64,000 bases of DNA from Nitrospirota bacterium. GTDB taxonomy: Bacteria; Nitrospirota; UBA9217. Both the position numbers and the translations under genes were made by a program. Positions 57,265-64,000 of the stretch are shown piece after piece. The number at the start of each line of letters is the position of its first letter. Within the stretch, counting starts at the first letter, position 1. The stretch lies in the NCBI GenBank assembly GCA_041476485.1, contig JBGOTO010000001.1:770-64769 (forward strand), written 5' to 3'. The notes beneath the pieces are model-generated. The model was not told the DNA's origin. It made no database searches and saw only the letters and a program-made list of their open reading frames with translations.

Positions 57265-57918
57265 TTGAAGAAGGGAGACATGATGGGTAAACCGATAGTG
57301 GGAATATTGATGGGGAGCGATACCGACCTGCCGATAATGCAGGAGGCGGCGGCCATGCTGCATGAGTTCGGCATAGACTACGAGATGACGATCGCCTCGG
57401 CGCACCGCACGCCGAAGAAAGTGCTCGAATACAGCCAGAGCGCGGAAAAGCGCGGGATCAAGATAATCATTGCGGGCGCGGGCTGGGCTGCGCATCTGGC
57501 GGGCGTGGTGGCGTCGCAGACCACGCTGCCGGTGATAGGCGTGCCGATCGATTCGTCGCCGCTCAAGGGGATGGACGCGCTCCTTGCCACGGTCCAGATG
57601 CCGGGCGGCGTTCCGGTGGCGACGATGGCGCTCGGCAAGGCCGGCGCCAAGAACGCGGGAGTGTTCGCGGCCCAGATCATCGCCACGAGCGACGTAAAGA
57701 TCTCGAACCGCCTGAAGGTCTTCAAGGTGGAAATGGAGCGCGAAGTGGAGGAGAAGGCCAAGCGGCTTTTGGCCATTACCGCCGCTGCGCCCCGGGAACA
57801 GGCAGCCACGAGCGAGGCGGCGCACGGCGAGGCATCCATGGCCAAGAAAAAACCGCGGCGCAGGCGCTGGAAAAAGAAGCCCGGCGGTCCCGCGCCCGCG
57901 GAGGGCCAGGTAGTGTGA
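57265..57918 (+). CDS. purE: N5-carboxyaminoimidazole ribonucleotide mutase with ~50-aa basic C-terminal extension
   Basis: GSDTDLP, AGAGWAAHLAGVVAS PurE core (~165 aa), then ...AKKKPRRRRWKKKPGGPAPAEGQVV. Confidence 0.8.
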   Translation: MKKGDMMGKPIVGILMGSDTDLPIMQEAAAMLHEFGIDYEMTIASAHRTPKKVLEYSQSAEKRGIKIIIAGAGWAAHLAGVVASQTTLPVIGVPIDSSPLKGMDALLATVQMPGGVPVATMALGKAGAKNAGVFAAQIIATSDVKISNRLKVFKVEMEREVEEKAKRLLAITAAAPREQAATSEAAHGEASMAKKKPRRRRWKKKPGGPAPAEGQVV

Positions 57919-58766
57919 AGACCGAGCTCGAATGCCTGCCCTGCTTTTTCGGGCAGATACGCCGAACGCTGCAGTACGCGGGAGTGAACGGCGAGAGGGG
58001 CCGCGCCATAGAACGCAGGGCCGCGTTGATCATAGAACGCTCTTCTCTTGATGAGGTCCCGGCGCGGACCACTACGCTCATTCACCGGCTTTTGCGAGAG
58101 GAAACCGGCGTCGATCCGTATCGGCAGGTGAAGGAGACCTACAACCGCCTTGCGCTCGAGCTGCTTCCCGGGCTGAGACGTATGGCAACTGAAGCGCCTG
58201 ACCGTCTTGAAGCGAGCGTCCGGATCGCGATCGCGGGGAACATCATCGACTTCGGTATTTATGAAAGCATCGATCTGGACCGCTCCCTCGCGGACGCGTT
58301 CCGCCTGCCGCTTCCGACAGAGGGTTACCGTCGTTTCGCCAGGGCAATCGGCAATGCCCGCCGCGTTCTTTACCTCTGCGACAACGCAGGCGAGATCGTG
58401 TTCGACCGGGTGCTGCTCGAAACCCTGCGCGCAATGGGCAAGGACGTGATCGCCGCGGTCAAGGGCGCCCCCGCGATCAACGACGCCACGCTTGCAGACG
58501 CCGCAGCTGCGGGCCTTCAGGAATGCGCAACGGTCATCGACAATGGGAACGACGGCATCGGCACGCTTTTGGAAGCGTGCTCTCCGCGGTTTATGGACGC
58601 ATACCGCTCCGTTGACCTGATCATCAGCAAAGGGCAGGCCAACTACGAAACACTCGCGCAAGCCGGAGACGCGCGGACATTCTTTTTGTTCAAGGTAAAG
58701 TGCCGCGTTGTCGCGGCGTTCCTGGATCGAGAGAACGGGGACATTGTGCTGACGGGGAACGGGTGA
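57915..58766 (+). CDS. DUF89 (ARMT1-like damage-control phosphatase) family protein
   Basis: N-terminal CLPC, DNAGE and KGQANYE motifs. Confidence 0.7.
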   Translation: MKTELECLPCFFGQIRRTLQYAGVNGERGRAIERRAALIIERSSLDEVPARTTTLIHRLLREETGVDPYRQVKETYNRLALELLPGLRRMATEAPDRLEASVRIAIAGNIIDFGIYESIDLDRSLADAFRLPLPTEGYRRFARAIGNARRVLYLCDNAGEIVFDRVLLETLRAMGKDVIAAVKGAPAINDATLADAAAAGLQECATVIDNGNDGIGTLLEACSPRFMDAYRSVDLIISKGQANYETLAQAGDARTFFLFKVKCRVVAAFLDRENGDIVLTGNG

Positions 58767-58844
58767 GAAAAAATGTGGAATGACGAATGCGGAATGTGGA
58801 ATGAAAAATCATGAAAGCACCGCGTCTCGAACTCCGAAAATGAC

Positions 58845-59465
58845 ATGGCGTACATAATCAAATTTGACCTCGCCGGCCCCGAGGCGGCGTTCTCCCGCTG
58901 CAGAGAAGTGATTTTCTCGGGCGGCGTGATCGCCTATCCGACCGACACCTTCTACGGGCTGGGCGCTGATCCGAAAAATCCCGCAGCGGTGAAGAAGCTC
59001 TTCTCCCTCAAGGGCAGGCTGGCCGACCGGCCCATACTGCTGCTGGTCCCTGATCTGGCGGCGGTACAGGACTGGGCGGCTGAGATCACGCCGCAGGCCG
59101 AGGGGCTCATGAAGAAATTCTGGCCCGGCCCGCTCACGCTCGTGTTCACGGCAAAGAAGGGCGTGCTGCCGGAGCTTACAGCTGGTACGGGCACAATCGG
59201 GCTCAGAATTCCGGGCAACGCGCTGACCCGGCAGTTGCTCGCGTATCTCGGCGCCGCGCTCACGGGCACCAGTGCGAACGTCTCCGGCGGGCCGGACGCA
59301 CGGACGGCGGAGGAAGTGGAAGCAGCGTTTGCAGGCAAGGTTGATCTGATTCTCGACATCGGCAGTTTGGCCGGAGGCAAACCGTCGACCGTACTCGATG
59401 TGCGCTCTGACAAGCCGAAGGTGGTCCGTGAGGGGGCAATCCCGTCAGAGGTTTTTCATGAATAA
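58845..59465 (+). CDS. tsaC: L-threonylcarbamoyladenylate synthase (YrdC/TsaC domain)
   Basis: YPTDTFYGLGADP ... K.R....P YrdC signature. Confidence 0.8.
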   Translation: MAYIIKFDLAGPEAAFSRCREVIFSGGVIAYPTDTFYGLGADPKNPAAVKKLFSLKGRLADRPILLLVPDLAAVQDWAAEITPQAEGLMKKFWPGPLTLVFTAKKGVLPELTAGTGTIGLRIPGNALTRQLLAYLGAALTGTSANVSGGPDARTAEEVEAAFAGKVDLILDIGSLAGGKPSTVLDVRSDKPKVVREGAIPSEVFHE

Positions 59466-59489
59466 AAAATTTAACGCAAAGGATACTGC

Positions 59490-60806
59490 ATGAAAAAAAT
59501 ATTCGTCCTCGACACCAATGTTCTGCTGCACGACCCGCAGGCGATTTTCGCCTTCGAGGACAACGACGTGGTGGTCCCCATCGTGGTTATCGAAGAGCTG
59601 GACAAGTTCAAAAAGGGCAGCGAGGAGATCAGCAGGAACGCGCGCCAGGTATCGAGGATACTCGATGAACACCGGCTGAAGGGCAAGCTCTCGCAGGGGG
59701 TAAAACTGGAGGGAGGGGGGTGCCTGCGCGTCGAACTGAACCACCAGTCGCCGCAGCACTTGCCGAGCGAGCTCATTGCGACCAAGGCCGACAACCGGAT
59801 CCTCGCCACGGCGCTCAACCTCAAACACGATGACCTTCCGGTCATCCTCGTCACCAAAGACACGAACCTCCGGATCAAAGCCGACGCCCTGGGGCTTCGC
59901 GCCGAGGACTATGAATCGGACTCAATCACGATAGACGAGCTCTATACCGGCGAGACGGAGCTGTCGGTTGGGCCGGGTGCGATCGATGAATTCTATGTCA
60001 AGGGAGAGATGGCGGCCGGCGACCCCAAACCGTATCCGAACCAGTTTGTCCTTCTCAAGAACAACGCCAACCCTTCCCAGACGGCGCTTGCCCGCTACAG
60101 CCAGCAGAAAAGCGAGCTTGTGCCGATCGCGGGCGCAAAGCACGGCGTGTGGGGCGTTACGGCGCGGAACAAGGAGCAGCAGTTCGCGCTTGACCTGCTG
60201 TTGAACGACGATATCCGTCTTGTGACGCTGGTGGGCAAGGCCGGCACCGGCAAGACGCTCCTGGCGCTCGCCGCGGGCCTCGAAAAGACGATCGAAGCGA
60301 GGGCTTTTCTGCGGCTCGTGGTTTCGCGTCCCGTGTTCCCGCTCGGCAAGGACATCGGATTTCTGCCCGGCGACATCGATGAGAAGCTTCGGCCCTGGAT
60401 GCAGCCCATTCGCGATAATCTCGATTTTCTGATGGGCGCCTCCGCCGTGTCCGGAAAGGTCAAGGGCAAGAAAGACCTCCAGAGCCTCTTCGACCTGGGC
60501 ATGATCGAGGTCGAGCCGCTCACCTACATCCGCGGGCGCAGCATGCCGAACCAGTACCTTATCGTCGACGAGGCGCAGAACCTCACGCCGCACGAGATCA
60601 AGACGATCATCACGCGCGCGGGCGAGGGGACCAAGGTCGTTTTGACGGGCGACCCTTACCAGATAGACAATCCCTACATCGACTCTTCGAGCAACGGTCT
60701 CGCCTACGTGGTAGAGCGGTTCAAAGAAGAGCCGATCGCGGGCCACATCACGCTCGTGAAAGGCGAACGCTCCGACCTCGCAGAACTCGCCGCCACTCTG
60801 CTGTAG
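59490..60806 (+). CDS. PIN-domain + PhoH-like ATPase (YlaK/PhoH2 type)
   Basis: N-terminal PIN (VLDTNVLLHD), Walker A GKAGTGKT, and DEAQN. Confidence 0.8.
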   Translation: MKKIFVLDTNVLLHDPQAIFAFEDNDVVVPIVVIEELDKFKKGSEEISRNARQVSRILDEHRLKGKLSQGVKLEGGGCLRVELNHQSPQHLPSELIATKADNRILATALNLKHDDLPVILVTKDTNLRIKADALGLRAEDYESDSITIDELYTGETELSVGPGAIDEFYVKGEMAAGDPKPYPNQFVLLKNNANPSQTALARYSQQKSELVPIAGAKHGVWGVTARNKEQQFALDLLLNDDIRLVTLVGKAGTGKTLLALAAGLEKTIEARAFLRLVVSRPVFPLGKDIGFLPGDIDEKLRPWMQPIRDNLDFLMGASAVSGKVKGKKDLQSLFDLGMIEVEPLTYIRGRSMPNQYLIVDEAQNLTPHEIKTIITRAGEGTKVVLTGDPYQIDNPYIDSSSNGLAYVVERFKEEPIAGHITLVKGERSDLAELAATLL

Positions 60807-60902
60807 CCGGACCGGGGCGCAGACGAGAGAAACGTTTGTGTGACTGCGGAAAATGGTGTAATATAGAAATCTCAATTTACGATCGGGAGGTCGAGAAGGA
60901 CC

Positions 60903-61790
60903 ATGCAGGAACGGGAACAGCGTTTTCGGAAAATTTTTTCAGCGATAAGCACGCTCGGCGCCGTCTTCGTGCTCGCGGAGCTGGTCCTGCAGTTCTTCGG
61001 CAGGAGCATATGCTCCGCCGTGGGATGCAGCATAGCGATGCAGGCTACGAGATTCGGTGAAGCTCCCTTCCTGATCATCGGTCTCGCGACTTTTTCGGTC
61101 CTTGCCCTGTTCTCGGCCCGGCCCAGGGCCGTGCAAGAGCCCTTCATCAACTTGGTTCTCATTGCGTCGCTGGCGTCTGAAGGCTTCTTCATCGGTTACC
61201 AGGCCTTCGGCATCCATGCCTGGTGTGTTTTTTGCCTCATCGTCTTTGGCCTGGTGGTCACTCTCGGCGCCCTCAGGCTTCTCGCCGGAGAAAAAGCGAT
61301 GATCGCGGGATTTTTGGCCCTCGTTGCCGTGTTCAGCATTCAGTATCTGGCGCTGCCGGCTGAAGTTACGGTGAACTTTCCAGAAAACGAGCGGCTTGTT
61401 CTGTTCTACAGCAAGGACTGCAAACATTGCTCGGAGATCATGAGCGATCTCAAGAAGAGCAACCTGGCGGTGAAGCACGTGGACGTAAACGGGTATATTG
61501 GCCTCCTGAAGAGCATCGGTGTGGAGAAGGTGCCCACGCTCCTGGTAAACGACCCGTATCAGAAAATCTTTCTCACCGGCACGGAAGCGATCAGGCGCTA
61601 CCTGTCCGCCTGCACGCAGGCGAAACAAGCCGATGGAAAACCGGCGGCGAAAAAGAAATCCGGCCAGGCAGGCAAGATGAACAGCTCCGACCTGGCCCTC
61701 GATATTTTCACCCAGCAGAGCATCCTCAGCCGGCCCGGCGACACGGCGACAGTCACGGGGGCGTGCAAAGAAGAAGAAATCTGTAAATAG
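60903..61790 (+). CDS. VKOR (vitamin K epoxide reductase-like) membrane domain fused to a C-terminal thioredoxin-like domain
   Basis: VKOR Cys pairs CSAVGC and CVFC in TM helices; C-terminal CKHC thioredoxin-like motif. Confidence 0.7.
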   Translation: MQEREQRFRKIFSAISTLGAVFVLAELVLQFFGRSICSAVGCSIAMQATRFGEAPFLIIGLATFSVLALFSARPRAVQEPFINLVLIASLASEGFFIGYQAFGIHAWCVFCLIVFGLVVTLGALRLLAGEKAMIAGFLALVAVFSIQYLALPAEVTVNFPENERLVLFYSKDCKHCSEIMSDLKKSNLAVKHVDVNGYIGLLKSIGVEKVPTLLVNDPYQKIFLTGTEAIRRYLSACTQAKQADGKPAAKKKSGQAGKMNSSDLALDIFTQQSILSRPGDTATVTGACKEEEICK

Positions 61791-61916
61791 TCAACCGTGA
61801 CATCAAGCGAGGAGTTTCCCTTTGCGCGCAGCCCCTTCGCTCTACCGCGCAAGCGCGCACGTAGCCGTGTGAGAACAAAACGTTACAAGCGGCTATCTGC
61901 AAAATCAACGGGTTTC

Positions 61917-62040
61917 AATCAACTGCCTTTGGGCACGCTTGTGCGCGTCCTATCGCTCAAGGGCTGTGTGCTGTGAGAATTAAATTTGGGGGAAAGTCCT
62001 GGCATCAAACCCCTTGACACCCTGTAGCGGGGTATGCTAA
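61917..62040 (+). promoter_or_regulatory. conserved ~125-nt upstream element, copy B (upstream of ccsB)
   Basis: See copy A at 44336..44460; ends in cttgac...tatgctaat, a -35/-10-like pair. Confidence 0.55.
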
Positions 62041-63587
62041 TTTACCAGACTGTTGAACTGTTTTTTGCACGGGAGGGCGCGTTGGAAAAGAATAAAGGGG
62101 TCGTCGATGTCGTTGCCGAGAAGGTCTGGAAGTTTTTCTCTTCCGTAAAACTCGCGGTTGTTCTGCTTATCATCCTGGCCATCGTTTCGATCATCGGCAC
62201 GGTGATCCAGCAAAATGAGGCGCCGGAGAAATACCTGCAGGAGTACAGCCAGGCCACGGTCCAGCTGTTCGAGGTGCTCGGTCTTTTCGACATGTACCAC
62301 ACGTGGTGGTTCGTGCTTTTTCTCGTCCTGCTTACCACCAATCTGACGGTCTGTACGCTTGAGCGTTTCCCCCATACCTTAAAGATCATCATGGCGCCGC
62401 TCAAGCCCGTTGACGACGAAGGCCTCAAAGCACTGCCGTTCAAAAGAGAGATAGCTTTCAAGGGCGGGGCGGACAAGGCCGAGGTGCGGGCGGTGAATGC
62501 GTTGAGCGCGCGGCGGTATCGCGTTGTCGAAGCACGGGGGGCCGGAGGCGCCCAATTCATGACGCAGAAGGGCGTCTACAGCCGCCTCGGGGTCTATATC
62601 ACGCACAGCAGCATCATCCTCATTTTTGTCGGGGCGTTGATCGGGTCCTTCTTCGGGTTCAAGGCCTTCCTGAACCTTCCCGAGGGCAGGGCGACGGACG
62701 TCGTCTATCTCCGAAACGAGCCCATGTGGGACCGCATGATGGCGGCGCTCGGGATCGCCGAGAGCCCGGTCATTCCCGATCCGCAGGGCGGCGTGCCCGC
62801 GATGCCGCTGGGATTTTATGTCTACTGTGACAATTTCGACGTGGACTATTACGTGAACCCGGCGGGAATGCCCACGGGCATGCCTTCGGAATATCACAGC
62901 ACGCTGAGCGTCTATGATAAGAACAAACAGAAGATCTTCGATAAGCGCATCCGGGTGAACGACCCGCTCACGTATCGCGGCGTCACGTTCTACCAGGCGA
63001 GCTACGGGGCGATGCCGGAGGTCCGGGGGAAAGTCGTTCTGAACATCCGTCCGAAAAATGAGCCCCTGTCGGCCGGAGAGACGGTGGCCATTGATCCGGG
63101 CGGCGCCGTCTATGTCGCTTCCATCGACCGGACGATCAAGGCACTCGGGTTCGCCCCCTACGGCGTGAGGGACGAGACGGGAAAGGTCGTCCTGTACCAA
63201 TCGGAAAATAACGAGTTCATCAATCCCGCGGTGCAGCTCGAAATCTACAAGGGGAAAAAGCCGGTTTATAAAACGGAGATTTTAAAGATCGACCAGGGCC
63301 AGCCTTACCTGCCGGAAGACTACGTCATCAAGTACGCCGGTTTCTGGGGAGCGCGATACACCGGGCTCCAGGTCACGAAGGACCCCGGCGTCTGGGTGGT
63401 TTATACCGGGTTCATCCTGCTCTGCATCGGCCCGCTCATCGCGTTCTTCGGGTCCCACAAAAAGTTCTGGGTGCGGGTCCAGGACCGAAAGGGCCACACG
63501 GTGATCACCCTGGCGGGCTCGGCGAACCGGAACAGGATCGGCTTCGAGCGCGAGTTCAACACAATCGCTGACGAGATCGCGAAGTAA
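62034..63587 (+). CDS. ccsB: cytochrome c biogenesis protein ResB/Ccs1 (System II)
   Basis: N-terminal TM, large periplasmic domain, C-terminal TM pair. The true start is probably downstream (TTG 62082 after GGGAGGG), because ATG 62034 lies within the conserved promoter-like element. Confidence 0.8.
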   Translation: MLIYQTVELFFAREGALEKNKGVVDVVAEKVWKFFSSVKLAVVLLIILAIVSIIGTVIQQNEAPEKYLQEYSQATVQLFEVLGLFDMYHTWWFVLFLVLLTTNLTVCTLERFPHTLKIIMAPLKPVDDEGLKALPFKREIAFKGGADKAEVRAVNALSARRYRVVEARGAGGAQFMTQKGVYSRLGVYITHSSIILIFVGALIGSFFGFKAFLNLPEGRATDVVYLRNEPMWDRMMAALGIAESPVIPDPQGGVPAMPLGFYVYCDNFDVDYYVNPAGMPTGMPSEYHSTLSVYDKNKQKIFDKRIRVNDPLTYRGVTFYQASYGAMPEVRGKVVLNIRPKNEPLSAGETVAIDPGGAVYVASIDRTIKALGFAPYGVRDETGKVVLYQSENNEFINPAVQLEIYKGKKPVYKTEILKIDQGQPYLPEDYVIKYAGFWGARYTGLQVTKDPGVWVVYTGFILLCIGPLIAFFGSHKKFWVRVQDRKGHTVITLAGSANRNRIGFEREFNTIADEIAK

Positions 63588-63607
63588 TTTCACGGAGGAA
63601 TTAATCA

Positions 63608-64000
63608 ATGAAGAGTTCCTTACTTATCAATATCGCCACGTTGTCCTACCTGGCCGCCATGGTCCTCTACATCAGCTACGTGGCGTTCCGGAAGAAGGGG
63701 CTCGGCCTGGCCGCCTCGGGAGTCACCTATTTCGGTTTCGGCGTCCAGACCATTGCCCTGTTTCTCCGGTGGCGGGAGTCCTACCAGATGGACATCGGCA
63801 GGGTGCCTTTGTCGAACCTGTATGAGTCCCTCATTTTCTATACCTGGAGCACGGTGCTCATCTATATCGTCGTCGAATACAAGTACAAGGCGCGGGTCTT
63901 CGGGGCTTTCGTGATGCCGGTGGCCTTTCTCGCGCTCGCTTTCATCAACGTGGCGGGAATCAGCGCTGACATCACGCCGCTCGTGCCCGCGCTCAAGAGC
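63608..64000 (+). CDS. ccsA: cytochrome c-type biogenesis protein CcsA/ResC, N-terminal part (runs off window)
   Basis: ATG 63608 after GGAGG. Hydrophobic helices: MKSSLLINIATLSYLAAMVLYISYV. No stop before position 64000, so it is absent from the ORF track. Confidence 0.75.
   Translation, partial: MKSSLLINIATLSYLAAMVLYISYVAFRKKGLGLAASGVTYFGFGVQTIALFLRWRESYQMDIGRVPLSNLYESLIFYTWSTVLIYIVVEYKYKARVFGAFVMPVAFLALAFINVAGISADITPLVPALKS

Noticed and set aside
1-64000. CRISPR arrays, transposases, integrases, rRNA
   Set aside because: No spacer-repeat periodicity, no recognisable transposase or integrase ORF, and no rRNA-like segment anywhere in the window. The repeat families present are short non-autonomous elements.

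Overview
This is a high-GC (~60%) bacterial chromosome segment with roughly 65 genes, no rRNA and no CRISPR array. The gene content (Rnf complex, short anaerobic-type ThiC, System II cytochrome c biogenesis, anaerobic cobalamin salvage genes, a selenoprotein candidate) suggests an anaerobic deltaproteobacterium-like organism. This taxonomic guess is inference only.

Gene content, left to right:
- An acetate-utilisation locus on the minus strand. It holds acs (truncated at the window edge), actP, a DUF485 gene, a DnaQ-like exonuclease and a cNMP/CBS/DUF294 nucleotidyltransferase gene. It is followed by an NtrC-type sigma-54 response regulator and a symporter-domain sensor kinase with a small coupled membrane ORF.
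- A secreted WD40-Ig-caspase protein with a downstream membrane partner.
- surE-pcm, and a crcB-DUF190 fluoride module.
- The rnfCDGEAB operon.
- gcvH-lpd, an outer-membrane protein gene, and a convergent Lpd/GR-family gene whose second active-site Cys codon is an in-frame TGA (selenocysteine candidate with a SECIS-like hairpin).
- addB-addA, trxA, a TlpA-like gene, and tRNA-Gly(CCC) with a consensus promoter.
- DUF3047, cobU, an inserted four-helix-bundle gene, cobT, cobS and cobC.
- An NTase pair, then rtcB-archease.
- A TPP riboswitch followed by thiS-thiG-thiE-thiC, an M23 peptidase and thiD.
- rph, a UPF0016 transporter, a YARHG protein, a LarE-like gene, purD, nif3, purE, DUF89, tsaC and PIN-PhoH.
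- A VKOR-Trx fusion upstream of ccsB-ccsA (ccsA truncated at the window end).

Several families of non-coding repeats are spread across the window:
- A ~147-bp MITE-like element with 10-bp terminal inverted repeats, in four copies; two copies sit inside the rnf operon.
- A heptamer (GCGGAAT)n family at six loci, sometimes translated in-frame.
- G-rich inverted repeats bracketing the four-helix-bundle gene.
- Purine-rich (AAGAAGGTAGG)n arrays.
- A ~60-nt double-hairpin element directly upstream of thiG and purD.
- A duplicated ~125-nt upstream region shared by rtcB and ccsB.
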